Shown in pieces: positions 1 to 10,120 of a stretch of 64,000 nucleotides of DNA (position 1 is the first letter of the stretch; every line of letters begins with the position of its first letter). The DNA lies in contig CAZIEY010000001.1 of NCBI GenBank assembly GCA_964538855.1, positions 314,188-378,187 of the forward strand. The letters run 5' to 3'. The notes under the pieces are model-generated. The model saw only the letters and a list, made by a program, of their open reading frames with translations, did no database searches and was not told where the DNA came from. Position numbers and translations under genes: made by a program. This DNA comes from an uncultured Candidatus Saccharibacteria bacterium (lineage in GTDB: Bacteria; Patescibacteriota; Minisyncoccia; Phycocordibacterales; JAACPR01).

Positions 1-80
1 GGAGCTGGTTTTGTTTTACGATCGTAAAGCAAAAGAAAGTCAAAAATAAACTTTGGTATGTTCTTTGAGGGAGTACGGAC

Positions 81-275
81 ATGGAAGCTGATCCTGTATT
101 GACCAAAGTAGAAGAAATTTTGCGTAAGTATGGATTGAGGATTTATCGGAAAGTTGGCGACAAAATCACTGTCTCTTGTTTACCCGGTAATGCAATTGGT
201 CGAACTGAAAGAGAGGTGATAAGTCAAGAAGTACTTGATGCGACATCGAAAACATTACAATTTAGAAGTTTTTGA
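81..275 (+). CDS. Small hypothetical protein (64 aa)
   Basis: ORF with purine-rich SD-like GAGGGAG upstream and a terminator hairpin at 301-331 downstream; no family recognised. Confidence 0.55.
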   Translation: MEADPVLTKVEEILRKYGLRIYRKVGDKITVSCLPGNAIGRTEREVISQEVLDATSKTLQFRSF

Positions 276-300
276 TGTGCACTAATTCACATTACATACT

Positions 301-331
301 ACTCCTCGCCACGATGCGAGGAGTTTTATTT
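301..331 (+). terminator. Intrinsic terminator
   Basis: ACTCCTCGC-cacgat-GCGAGGAGT stem followed by TTTATTTT. Confidence 0.75.
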
Positions 332-378
332 TGCAAAACCGAACAGGTGCTGCAAATATTTTTGGTATAATTACCTCA

Positions 379-3153
379 ATGAATTTTGAAAGCGGAAAAT
401 TTACATCTCCACAGGAAGAACTTTCGTATTTACGAGAGTATATTTCGACTCGCGAAAAAGAAATTGAAAAAGCGGGCGGCAAAATCGAACGTACCGAACA
501 TGTACGTCAAACAGTAAAAGAGTACGCGGAACATACGCCAGAACAAGTGCTCGCCAAAGGTGCACTTGTGCCAGAAAAATTCCGCGACGAAATTGTGCTT
601 CAATTGTCACCAGAAACGCACGACGACAAAATGGCGGAATTAATTTCGCTTGTGTATGAAAAGGGAATCGCAAACGCGCTCGACGTCGTATCGCGTATGG
701 GCAACCCTCACATCGCTGATGACTTTCATCGATTTTTGGTGCAATACATAAAAGAGGGGTATGAAGTGACCGGCTTAAAAGAAAAAACTCCGCTTGCAAA
801 AAACTTGCGCCGCACATTGTTCGAAGTGACATTGTCATACGACAGGGAAGACGAAAGCGACTTCAAACAATTCTGTGTGCACATGGAACAGTTTTATTCT
901 GGTATGTTATCGGTGACCGATTCAGATGCGGACGAATATTTTACAATTGAAATCGCAAATGCAATCGGCAGCAAGGAATTTATTTTTTACATCTCTGTGC
1001 CGGAATATAAAACCGACTTGCTCGAAAAACAATTGATGTCGGTGTTTCCAAACGCAACCTTGAACGAGCAGACAAATGATTTTAATGTGTTCAATGAGCG
1101 CGGGTCTTCAAAAGGTGTATATGTGACGCAAAAAGAGGCACCATTTAATGTGATCCGTGATTCCGAAGAGTTATCGAGTGACCCGATGAAAGTTTTGCTT
1201 AATGTGTTCTCAAAACTTGATGCTGATAGCGAGGCGGCCGCCATTCAAATGGTATTTAAACCAACCGGAGATTTTTACCTCAAACATTACAAATCTGCTC
1301 TCAAAGATTTGGAAAAAGGTGAGAAAAGTCCGAAATCACTCTTTGTTCGCAACACTTTTTCGAGTCGCTTCATGCACGGCTTGTCTGGCATGGCGAAGTC
1401 TATTTCGGAGTTTGCCGCAACTAAAAAGGAGGAAGATAAGCCAGATCCAAAGGTGGACAATCGTCGCGTCGAAAATGTCGAAGCAAAAATCAAAAGCCCG
1501 ATTGTGTCTGCCAATTTTCGTATTGTAGTGTCCGCGGGCAGTGAATCTCGCGCCGAAGCAATTTTGAAAGACTTGGAATCAAGCTTTAATCAATTTGAAA
1601 ATACAGGTGGCAATCGATTTAGATTTGTTGAAATGCGTCCCTCAGCAATCAATAGTTTTTTTAAAGACTTTTCGTTCCGAGAATTTAATCAGAATTATGA
1701 TGTGCCGCTTAACTTGAAGGAAATAGCAACTGTCATGCACTTCCCAGCGGGCGATTCGTTTAATTCTCCAGAAGTGAAGACAAACAAGATGAAGACGTCG
1801 TCAGCGCCACTTGCTATCGCAAAACAGGGCGTGCATTTGGGTACAAACAATCACCGCAATCTGAAAACTGAAATTTACTTTGCACCTGAAGACCGCTTGC
1901 GCCACTTCTATGTCATCGGTCAGACTGGTACTGGTAAGACAAATATTTTGAAGCAAATGATCGTCCAAGACATTCTTGCGGGTGAAGGAGTCTGTTTCAT
2001 TGATCCGCACGGTTCCGACATTCAGGACATCTTGGCAAATATTCCGCCGAGCCGTTATGAGGACGTGATTTATTTCGATCCGTCATCACCGGACCGACCG
2101 ATGGCTTTGAACATGCTTGAATACGACGTACGCAAACCCGAGCAAAAAACATTCGTGGTGAATGAGCTATTTAGTATTTTCCAAAAATTGTACGGCGCGA
2201 ACCCAGAATCAATGGGTCCGATGTTTGAACAATATTTCCGAAACGCGACGATGCTTGTGATCGAGGATCCTGAAACTGGCTCGACATTGCTCGATGTGTC
2301 ACGTGTGATGTCTGATGCGACATTCCGAAATTTGAAATTGTCTCGATGTAAAAATCCAGTCGTCACCACATTCTGGAAAGAAATCGCGACAAAGGCAGGC
2401 GGGGAAGCGTCTCTCGCGAATATCGTGCCGTATATCACAAGTAAATTCGACGTGTTTTTAGCGAACGATATTATGCGACCAATTATCGCACAGGAAAAAT
2501 CTTCGTTCAATTTTCGTGAGATCATGGACAATAAAAAAATTCTCCTCGTCAATTTGTCGAAGGGAAGTTTGGGCGACATCAACTCGCACCTCATCGGTTT
2601 GATTTTGGTTGGCAAGATTTTGATGTCGGCTCTCGCACGTTCCGACAGTATGGACAAGGGTTTTCCGCCATTCTATTTGTATATCGACGAATTCCAGAAC
2701 GTCACCACCGATTCAATTTCAACGATTTTGTCAGAAGCCCGCAAGTACAAATTGTCTCTCAACATTGCGCACCAATTTATCGCGCAGTTGGACGAGAAAA
2801 TTAAAAATTCTGTGTTCGGTAACGTCGGTTCTATGGCGGTATTCCGCGTGGGTGCAGAAGATGCGCAATATCTGGAGACTCAATACAAGCCGAATTTCAT
2901 GGCTCAAGACATCATGAATATTACTAATTTCAATGCGTATGTAAAAATGTTGTCGCACGGTGTCCCTGTCGAACCATTCAACATTTTGGTTCCAAAAGCC
3001 CCAGAAGGGAATCGAGCGCAAATCGCCGACCTCAAACAATTGTCATATCTCAAATTCGGCCGCAATCGCGACGAAATCCAGGCAGAGATTAACAAAAAGT
3101 ACGAAAAGAAACCGACTCCGGCGGATGACTTGGCGAAAAAGTTTGGGTTGTAG
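379..3153 (+). CDS. VirB4/TraG/HerA-like (DUF87) P-loop ATPase with long N-terminal extension
   Basis: Walker A GQTGTGKT, FIDPHG, Walker B LYIDEFQN and EARKY motifs; start moved to ATG 379, which follows TATAAT at 366-371. Confidence 0.85.
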   Translation: MNFESGKFTSPQEELSYLREYISTREKEIEKAGGKIERTEHVRQTVKEYAEHTPEQVLAKGALVPEKFRDEIVLQLSPETHDDKMAELISLVYEKGIANALDVVSRMGNPHIADDFHRFLVQYIKEGYEVTGLKEKTPLAKNLRRTLFEVTLSYDREDESDFKQFCVHMEQFYSGMLSVTDSDADEYFTIEIANAIGSKEFIFYISVPEYKTDLLEKQLMSVFPNATLNEQTNDFNVFNERGSSKGVYVTQKEAPFNVIRDSEELSSDPMKVLLNVFSKLDADSEAAAIQMVFKPTGDFYLKHYKSALKDLEKGEKSPKSLFVRNTFSSRFMHGLSGMAKSISEFAATKKEEDKPDPKVDNRRVENVEAKIKSPIVSANFRIVVSAGSESRAEAILKDLESSFNQFENTGGNRFRFVEMRPSAINSFFKDFSFREFNQNYDVPLNLKEIATVMHFPAGDSFNSPEVKTNKMKTSSAPLAIAKQGVHLGTNNHRNLKTEIYFAPEDRLRHFYVIGQTGTGKTNILKQMIVQDILAGEGVCFIDPHGSDIQDILANIPPSRYEDVIYFDPSSPDRPMALNMLEYDVRKPEQKTFVVNELFSIFQKLYGANPESMGPMFEQYFRNATMLVIEDPETGSTLLDVSRVMSDATFRNLKLSRCKNPVVTTFWKEIATKAGGEASLANIVPYITSKFDVFLANDIMRPIIAQEKSSFNFREIMDNKKILLVNLSKGSLGDINSHLIGLILVGKILMSALARSDSMDKGFPPFYLYIDEFQNVTTDSISTILSEARKYKLSLNIAHQFIAQLDEKIKNSVFGNVGSMAVFRVGAEDAQYLETQYKPNFMAQDIMNITNFNAYVKMLSHGVPVEPFNILVPKAPEGNRAQIADLKQLSYLKFGRNRDEIQAEINKKYEKKPTPADDLAKKFGL

Positions 3154-3156
3154 AAG

Positions 3157-3912
3157 TTACACTAAATCCCAAAGATTTTTAAACACCTCTCTCATATCAT
3201 TAGCGAGTGTCGCGTCGTGAATCTCGACCAAATAAAATGGTTGTTTACGTGTATTCACCATAATTAAATAATCTCCAGCAATCCACGTGGTTGAAAGAAA
3301 ATTTCCTGTTTTATTCCAGAATTTGATTGCACGCTGTTTGTATTTCCCAACCATCTTATCTTCGGTAATTGATTGATTGGTGAGAAGCTTTGTCGTTAAT
3401 TCTTTTCCTGATCTTTTCCAATACCAGTCCATTACTTTCGAGTAGTTTTCAACAAAAGTGTGGTCTTGAAAACCGTACCAGGTTGAATTTTTCTCAACGA
3501 TGCTTTTGTGCCATTTCGGAATTTCGTTATAGAAAAAGCTTTCCAATTTATCTTGCTCGACGAAACGTACTTGCGGAACAGAGTACGTTTCCTTTGCGGT
3601 GACACGAGAAAGCTCGGATGCAAATTCACGCAAAAGATTTTCTTTCATACCAAACTTTATTTGCTCATCTTCAATCATGTTTTGAATATCTTCTGATGTT
3701 GCAGGGAGAAAAACTCTCGGTCTTTTGGCTGAATCTTCCACAAGTAGACCCTTATCAACCAGTGTCCGCGCGACATGATACGCAGTTGTTCTCTTAATGC
3801 CAGTTATCTTTCCCAGGGAAGCGGGGGTTGCTCGCCGTGCTTTGAGCACTGCTCTATAAACTTTTACTTCACGGGCCGATAGGTTTAGGACTTCGATTAA
3901 TTTATCGTTCAT
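3157..3912 (-). CDS. TrmB-family HTH transcriptional regulator
   Basis: N-terminal wHTH (LSAREVKVYRAVL...GIKRTTAYHVARTLVDKGLL); start ATG 3912 follows a -10 TATTCT. Confidence 0.85.
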   Translation of the reverse strand: MNDKLIEVLNLSAREVKVYRAVLKARRATPASLGKITGIKRTTAYHVARTLVDKGLLVEDSAKRPRVFLPATSEDIQNMIEDEQIKFGMKENLLREFASELSRVTAKETYSVPQVRFVEQDKLESFFYNEIPKWHKSIVEKNSTWYGFQDHTFVENYSKVMDWYWKRSGKELTTKLLTNQSITEDKMVGKYKQRAIKFWNKTGNFLSTTWIAGDYLIMVNTRKQPFYLVEIHDATLANDMREVFKNLWDLV

Positions 3913-3918
3913 TTCTGT

Positions 3919-3994
3919 AGAATACTTTGTTGTCCACACATTGTCAACATATGACCGTCATATATTGACATAAGTATGGAGTGATAAGTATAGT
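3919..3994. promoter_or_regulatory. Back-to-back sigma70 promoters sharing a 29-bp palindrome
   Basis: TGTCAACATATGAC-C-GTCATATATTGACA at 3942-3970 gives TTGACA on both strands; -10 elements TATTCT (minus, 17-bp spacer) and TATAGT (plus, 18-bp spacer). Confidence 0.65.
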
Positions 3995-4001
3995 ATTTGC
4001 C

Positions 4002-5141
4002 ATGATATATAAAATAACTAATTGGTTAATAGGCGGCGCTATTCTTATTGTGTTGGCTTATTTATTCACTATTTCGCAGAGTCGTGTAGTGGAAGATATT
4101 AAGATTGGGTTTGTTCTACCGCTAACGGGGGATGCTGCGACGTATGGAGAGCCGATGAAAAATGCTGCTTCGATTGCGGTTGAAGAAATAAATAAGAGTG
4201 GTGGTATCGACGGGAGAAGAATCGTCGCTATATTCGAGGATAGTAAATGTGAGGGAAAAATTGCTCTTACCGCCGTACAAAAGCTGGTTTCAATCGACAA
4301 TGTAAAGTTGATTAGCGGTTTTACTTGTGCAGAAGATTTACTTTCAGCCTCTCCAGTTCTGGAACAAAATAAAATTTTGGCTCTCGCACCCGGGGCGTCG
4401 AGTCCGCAAGTCACTCTTGCAGGTGATTATATTTTTCAAAATAATCCTTCTGCGACCATAGCCGCAAAGCAGTTGGCTGGGCTTATTATCAAGAAATATA
4501 AAAATATCGCTACTATCAATGAAAAAACTGGGTTTGCGACAGATATTAATGACTATTTCGTCAAAGAATTTAAATCTCTCGGGGGTACTGTCGTGGCTTC
4601 TGAAAGCTACACATCAGATACGCGAGATTTCAGAAACATCGTTACAAAAATAAAGGGTGCAGAACCAGAGGTAATTTTTGTGAATCCTCAGACGGAGATA
4701 TCGGGCGGTGCCATAATTAAGCAAATTAGAGATTTGCAGATAAAAGTCCCTCTCTATGGTATGGATACGATTAGCGGAGAAAAGACTAGAGAAATTGCCG
4801 GCTCTGCGATTGATGGACTGACTATTCTTGCTGTACCAGGTTTGGGTGCTGATAATAAGAAGGCTCACGATTTTCTCGAGAAATATAAAAATCTTTTTGG
4901 CGAACCATCTTTTGATTTGTATATCGGTGCTTCCTACGATTCTGTTTATTTACTCGCGCAGGGGATTCGCGAAGTTGGATACGACGCAACCAAAATTAAA
5001 GACTATCTCTATCAATTGGGGAATTATGACGGAGTGATTGGTAATTACAGTTTTGATCACAATGGCGATCTTGTTGGTATTGATTTTGTTGTGAAGAAAA
5101 TAGTTGGTGGAGAGTTAGTTGAAGAGAGTAGTTCGCAGTAG
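4002..5141 (+). CDS. Branched-chain amino acid ABC-type substrate-binding protein (LivJ/LivK-like)
   Basis: IKIGFVLPLTGDAATYG and EEINKSGGIDGRRI motifs, N-terminal membrane anchor, C-terminal GVIGNYSFDHNGD. Confidence 0.9.
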   Translation: MIYKITNWLIGGAILIVLAYLFTISQSRVVEDIKIGFVLPLTGDAATYGEPMKNAASIAVEEINKSGGIDGRRIVAIFEDSKCEGKIALTAVQKLVSIDNVKLISGFTCAEDLLSASPVLEQNKILALAPGASSPQVTLAGDYIFQNNPSATIAAKQLAGLIIKKYKNIATINEKTGFATDINDYFVKEFKSLGGTVVASESYTSDTRDFRNIVTKIKGAEPEVIFVNPQTEISGGAIIKQIRDLQIKVPLYGMDTISGEKTREIAGSAIDGLTILAVPGLGADNKKAHDFLEKYKNLFGEPSFDLYIGASYDSVYLLAQGIREVGYDATKIKDYLYQLGNYDGVIGNYSFDHNGDLVGIDFVVKKIVGGELVEESSSQ

Positions 5142-5187
5142 TAGGCGTCGGCTTTGGCAAAGGAGTTTGGATTGTAAGCTTTTAAAA

Positions 5188-5643
5188 TTACTCAAAATCA
5201 GTCATATCCACAATAACCACCTTGGGAACCAACCCGAGCGCACGTTCAATCATAAGCCGCGTATTTCCTGCAACTTTGTGGTATACATCTCCCATTTTCA
5301 TAATGATAGCCACAGGCAAAGCCTCACCGGATTCGAGTGCTGTCTTTTTTGACTCCCACTCACGCTGATTTTGCGAAGCCATATCCGCAACCATTTTCCA
5401 GTCACCTAGTTGTATATCGTACGAATCAGTGTTTTCAAGTTTTGCCCAAATGTCCTCGGTGAGGTCTGTCAATTCAGTTTGTCTTCCTCTCATAACAAAT
5501 TCTCGCACGAAATTTTTTACATTATCTGGTTTAAAAGTAGTTGCAACTCGTTCGATTTCCCCTAATTCATATTCAAACTGCGGCGGGGAATAGTGTCCTT
5601 CGATTGTTCCTGTCTTAGGCGTTTCGTGTCGTTTTGCTGTCAT
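5188..5643 (-). CDS. Hypothetical protein with ParB/Srx-like motif
   Basis: LPVAII...YHKVAGNTRL resembles the ParB N-terminal GxxR motif; start uncertain (5643 or 5661). Confidence 0.6.
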   Translation of the reverse strand: MTAKRHETPKTGTIEGHYSPPQFEYELGEIERVATTFKPDNVKNFVREFVMRGRQTELTDLTEDIWAKLENTDSYDIQLGDWKMVADMASQNQREWESKKTALESGEALPVAIIMKMGDVYHKVAGNTRLMIERALGLVPKVVIVDMTDFE

Positions 5644-5660
5644 GAATTTATTTTGTACCA

Positions 5661-5999
5661 CTACTTTTGCTTCGCCGCCTCTTTTTTGTCAGCATATCGG
5701 GCCACGATGCTTTTAGAGACGAGGTTAAAGGATTTTTCAATATCGACACCTAATTGATTTGCGAGTCTGCATGTCGCAAAGAATAAATCACCGATGCCGT
5801 CCTCGAACACATCTTTATGTTCTGTGATATATGCCTGCATTTCTCCTGTAGTTTTGTACCGTAAATGTGATGACATTTCGATTAATTCTTCGTGGAGGTG
5901 ATCGAATTTATCAATGTTTGGTTCGTCTACCCAGTTATTACTCTTTGCAAAATCCCTCACAAGTTGTTGTGCCTCTGATATCGTAATTATAGTTGTCAT
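5661..5999 (-). CDS. MazG-like nucleotide pyrophosphohydrolase
   Basis: LHEELIEM...EDGIGDLFF...LANQLGVDIE all-alpha NTP-PPase pattern. Confidence 0.8.
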   Translation of the reverse strand: MTTIITISEAQQLVRDFAKSNNWVDEPNIDKFDHLHEELIEMSSHLRYKTTGEMQAYITEHKDVFEDGIGDLFFATCRLANQLGVDIEKSFNLVSKSIVARYADKKEAAKQK

Positions 6000-6014
6000 G
6001 TGAAAGATTATAGC

Positions 6015-6803
6015 TTATGTCGTCTTCGAAACCAATTTTTTCGAAATCTCCACCAACTTGTCGTGAATCAGTCCGTTTGAAGCAATCAAACCTTTGATTA
6101 CTTGGTCATATTTTTGCTCACCTCCAAATAGGTCTGTGACTTTTCCGCCTGCTTCATCGATAATAATCTTGATTGCCGCGGCGTCATGAAAGGTATTGTG
6201 TGGAAAGATTGCGCATGACAATTCGCCCGCAGCAACGAGCGCCGCAGAGTAGATGAAAGAGTTGAGTTTGAGAGTTTTTACACCCTCCTGTATTTCGAGA
6301 TGGTCAATCAATTTCCCGACGTTATATTGTGCGGTTTTGAAATGTTCGTAACCTGCGACAGATCCTTTGAAAATGTCGAGACTTGATACGTTGATGGGTT
6401 TATCATTGAGAAAAGCACCCTTACCTTTTTCGGCACTAAATAATCGGTCGCTAAACGGATCGTAAACGACGCCAACTATACTTTCGCCGTGATGAACGAG
6501 CGCGAGCGAAAATGTACAAATTGGTATACCGTGCGAAAAGGGGATTGTCCCATCAATAGGATCGCACACCCATAGATATTCAGCATCTTCCTTCAGATTG
6601 CTTTCTTCTTCACCCCAAATACTGTGTGTGGGAAATCGTTCGGTGATCTCTGCAATCAGGAGTGTGTTGATGGTAAGATCAGTCTGTGTAACCGGAGTGC
6701 TGTCACTTTTCCACTCCTTCTTCATGTGTAAGCCAAAGTTTTCCCGAATGATATTGCCGGCTCGTAGCGCAAATTCTTTTGCAAATGTTTGGTATTCTGA
6801 CAT
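6015..6803 (-). CDS. Inositol monophosphatase family protein
   Basis: GEE, WVCDPIDGT and DAAA..II.EAGG motifs. Confidence 0.92.
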   Translation of the reverse strand: MSEYQTFAKEFALRAGNIIRENFGLHMKKEWKSDSTPVTQTDLTINTLLIAEITERFPTHSIWGEEESNLKEDAEYLWVCDPIDGTIPFSHGIPICTFSLALVHHGESIVGVVYDPFSDRLFSAEKGKGAFLNDKPINVSSLDIFKGSVAGYEHFKTAQYNVGKLIDHLEIQEGVKTLKLNSFIYSAALVAAGELSCAIFPHNTFHDAAAIKIIIDEAGGKVTDLFGGEQKYDQVIKGLIASNGLIHDKLVEISKKLVSKTT

Positions 6804-6895
6804 TGCCTCATTCTAACGCAGATGCTGCGCACCCGCCAGAGAAGCTCGGCTTATAATTTTATTTCCTGTCGCGTAACGCGTGCTATAATTTTCCT

Positions 6896-7348
6896 ATGAA
6901 TTCACGCGGTTTCAGTTTGGCAGAGTTGATTGTGGTTGCGGCCATTATTGGGATTTTGGCAACGATCGGTGTTTCTGCTTTTCTTTCAGCGCGACAATCT
7001 GCCGAGTTCGACAGTGTGAGTGACGGAATTGTTTCAGTATTGGAAAAAGCTCGTGCGGATGCTTTGTCGGGGAAGGGCGGTACAAATTTTGGAGTCAAAT
7101 TCGCCTCCTCGACATATACTGCTTTTATCGGCAATTCATATAATGCTGGTGATTCCACAAATGTTGCGTATCAAGTCTCTAACGGCTTCACCTTGTCGAC
7201 TACACTTGGAGGTGCAGGTAATGTTGTCGTGTTTAATCGTCTCACTGGAACACCAATTGCAACTAGTACCATTACTATCACACGGACGTCGCCCGCAGCA
7301 ACTCGCGCCATCACCGTCGGGAGTCAAGGTAGCTTAACTATTCAATAA
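6896..7348 (+). CDS. Type IV minor pilin / pseudopilin (FimT/GspH-like)
   Basis: Prepilin cleavage motif RG|FSLAEL plus hydrophobic helix. Confidence 0.88.
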   Translation: MNSRGFSLAELIVVAAIIGILATIGVSAFLSARQSAEFDSVSDGIVSVLEKARADALSGKGGTNFGVKFASSTYTAFIGNSYNAGDSTNVAYQVSNGFTLSTTLGGAGNVVVFNRLTGTPIATSTITITRTSPAATRAITVGSQGSLTIQ

Positions 7349-7349
7349 T

Positions 7350-7844
7350 ATGAATACCGCGCGAAATTTACAAAAAGGTTTTGGAATGGTGGAGATAATT
7401 GTGTCCGCGGCCCTCATTTTGGTGATTGGTGGAGCTGCCGTGGCTGCGTGGACTCAGTATTTGCAGGTGACCACTCGGAGCACGAACTTGACCAAGGCGG
7501 CACTTCTCACTGACGAGGCGGGTGAAGTGCTTGTTATGTTGCGCGACACCAGCTGGACGTCGGAAATTGCGAGTCGCACATTGGGCACGACACATTATTT
7601 GTCGTGGGGCACGACTTCGTATTCTCTCGGGACAACCACGGTGCCATTTCAGAGTCAGGATAATTACGCAGTGAAATTAATTATGAGCGCGGTAAATCGG
7701 GATGGAAGTCGCAACGTTGTTTCGTCGGGTGGAACAGTCGATACGAATACCCGTAAGGTGCAAATCGATGTTGTCCCGATAACTGCGACTTCGACTGTAA
7801 TTTCAACGTCAGAACTTTTACTACACAATGTGTACTCAAATTAA
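7350..7844 (+). CDS. Type IV minor pilin (PilV-like)
   Basis: KG|FGMVEII prepilin motif. Confidence 0.85.
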   Translation: MNTARNLQKGFGMVEIIVSAALILVIGGAAVAAWTQYLQVTTRSTNLTKAALLTDEAGEVLVMLRDTSWTSEIASRTLGTTHYLSWGTTSYSLGTTTVPFQSQDNYAVKLIMSAVNRDGSRNVVSSGGTVDTNTRKVQIDVVPITATSTVISTSELLLHNVYSN

Positions 7845-8349
7845 AAAAACAACAGGATTCACGTTAATCGAAACACTCTTTTATGTGGTGGGTGCCGTGG
7901 TTTTTCTTGCGCTTATTGTGACAATGTTTACGAGCACAAGAGATTGGTATCGCACCGCGATTATTTATCCGCGCGTTAATCATGATGGGAGTACTATCGT
8001 GACACGAATTGGAAGCGACATTCGATCTGGTGTCACGTTGAACAGTGCGCAGAATGTGTTTGCCACAACAACCGGCGCGATTGGAATTAATGGGCTTGAT
8101 GCGTCACGAACCGCAGTAACTCATCGCTATTATGTACAGAATGGTCGCATTAAGTATCAGCGAAATGGTGGAACCGTAGAGGATGTGAGCCCTGCAAATT
8201 TGTATGTTTCGAAAATGCGATTCGATCAGGTCACTTCGCCAATTTCGACTGGAGTACGATTGGAGTTGAATCTGGATTATGCGACCGAAAACGGGACAAC
8301 CACAAAATCGTACAGTTCGTTTTCAATTTTAAGAAACGCGTATCAATAA
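7828..8349 (+). CDS. Type IV minor pilin (PilW/GspJ-like)
   Basis: TG|FTLIET prepilin motif. Confidence 0.85.
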   Translation: MCTQIKKTTGFTLIETLFYVVGAVVFLALIVTMFTSTRDWYRTAIIYPRVNHDGSTIVTRIGSDIRSGVTLNSAQNVFATTTGAIGINGLDASRTAVTHRYYVQNGRIKYQRNGGTVEDVSPANLYVSKMRFDQVTSPISTGVRLELNLDYATENGTTTKSYSSFSILRNAYQ

Positions 8350-8350
8350 C

Positions 8351-10120
8351 ATGAAAAAATTTCTACATACAATTACAAATAGTCGACAGAGCGGGTATGT
8401 GTTGCTTGTGAATATTGTACTATTCACTGCGATTACACTTGTAATTGTGCTTGGTGGAGTGAATCCGATTTTGGCGCAGTATTCGACTGCATCAGGATTG
8501 CTTTCTTCGAAACAATCATATTTGGTATCGCGCAGTGCAGCCGAAGATGCGTGGTATCGTTTGAAGACTAATCAAGATCTGCCTGCTTCAGTTACACTGA
8601 ATCTCGCGTCTGGATCAGCGACAATTTCAACGGCCGACAGCGGGGGTGTTAAAACAATTACGGTCAGTGGTGAGCAGGAATCGTACGAACGAAATTTGGA
8701 AATGAAAGTCAGCACTGGTGCGGGGATTAACTTCAATTATGGTTTGCAAGGAGGGAATGGAGGTATGACGATCAACGGCGGTTCTTCTATTATCGGAAAT
8801 GTGTACGCAAACGGGACAGTGAACGCAATTAGCGCGACTATTACTGGTACTGCGATTGCGGCTGACAGCTCGGCGCTGACCGCGGATGAAGTAAACGATA
8901 CCCCATCGACACCACCAACTTCGACAAATTTTAGAAATGCCGCAGCGACACAGGATTTCGCGCAAAGCTTTCAAGTTTCAAGCACAAATCCCATCAACAA
9001 AGTACAATTTTATATGAAGAAAACCGGTGCGCCTGCGAACGCGACTGTTCGTATTACGACCGACAACGCGGGTTCTCCTGCAAGTACTGCTTTGACTACA
9101 CAGGCTCTCAGTTCAGGTCTTGTGACGACTAGTTATGGTTGGGTTGAAGTAGTTTTTGCAACACCAGTTTCACTTATTCCAGGAGTTACCTATTGGGTGA
9201 TGATTCAAAATGGTTCGCAGAGCGCGAGCGCATATTATACAATCGGAACAAACACGGCTTATACAAATGGTTTGGCAAAGACTGGAAAAAACGGAGGTAC
9301 GTGGAATGCGACGGGTACAGATGGATATTTTAAATTATACACAGGAGGAATCTCGTCATATATCGGCGGTGCGACGTATGTTGGCGGAGTGTCTATTGGT
9401 TCTGCGGGTGTAGGCGATGCGTGGGCGAGTTCGGTCAAAGGTGCTTCGGTGCAAGGAAATTTGTACTGTACAACGGGAACAAATAATAATAAGGCTTGTA
9501 ACACGACACATGGTTTACCACCAGCACTCGGTATGCCATTTTCTGATGGTAATATTCAAGATTGGAAAGACGACGCGGCAGCAGGTGGTAGTCAGAGCAC
9601 AACGACTATTGGGTGGGCTGGCGGAACTTTGGGGCCAAGAAAAATTAATGGGGACCTAACAGTTAATGGTGGGGGAACACTGACTTTGAATGGGCCTTTG
9701 TGGGTGACCGGAAATGTCACTATTACAAATGGTGGTAGAGTGCAAATTCCTGTTGGTTACGGTGCAAATAGCGAAAGTATTGTTGCAGATGGAACAATTA
9801 CCGTGAGTGGTGGTGGGTCGGCCGGTTCCGGAACGAGCGGTAGTCATTTGTTCATGGTCTCTACAAGCCGATGTCCAAACGACGCTGGTTGTTCTGGTGC
9901 AAGTGCAATAACTATTACAGGCGGTGCTGGTGCAATTGCTGCAGCCGCCCAGGAAGGGAACGTAGCTCTCAGTGGTGGTGCCGCGATAAAGGCGGTGGTT
10001 GGAAATTCTATCTCAGTAACAGGAGGAAGCACGGTGACCTATGACAGCGGTCTCGCGAGTCCAAGCTTCACAAGTGGTCCGTCAGGAGGATATGTATTGC
10101 AGTCGTGGGTTGAGAATTAA
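8351..10120 (+). CDS. PilX/GspK-like large minor pilin with Gly/Thr-rich adhesin-like C-terminus
   Basis: SG|YVLLV motif lacking E5, fourth position in the cluster, beta-rich repeats and Cys pairs. Confidence 0.8.
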   Translation: MKKFLHTITNSRQSGYVLLVNIVLFTAITLVIVLGGVNPILAQYSTASGLLSSKQSYLVSRSAAEDAWYRLKTNQDLPASVTLNLASGSATISTADSGGVKTITVSGEQESYERNLEMKVSTGAGINFNYGLQGGNGGMTINGGSSIIGNVYANGTVNAISATITGTAIAADSSALTADEVNDTPSTPPTSTNFRNAAATQDFAQSFQVSSTNPINKVQFYMKKTGAPANATVRITTDNAGSPASTALTTQALSSGLVTTSYGWVEVVFATPVSLIPGVTYWVMIQNGSQSASAYYTIGTNTAYTNGLAKTGKNGGTWNATGTDGYFKLYTGGISSYIGGATYVGGVSIGSAGVGDAWASSVKGASVQGNLYCTTGTNNNKACNTTHGLPPALGMPFSDGNIQDWKDDAAAGGSQSTTTIGWAGGTLGPRKINGDLTVNGGGTLTLNGPLWVTGNVTITNGGRVQIPVGYGANSESIVADGTITVSGGGSAGSGTSGSHLFMVSTSRCPNDAGCSGASAITITGGAGAIAAAAQEGNVALSGGAAIKAVVGNSISVTGGSTVTYDSGLASPSFTSGPSGGYVLQSWVEN

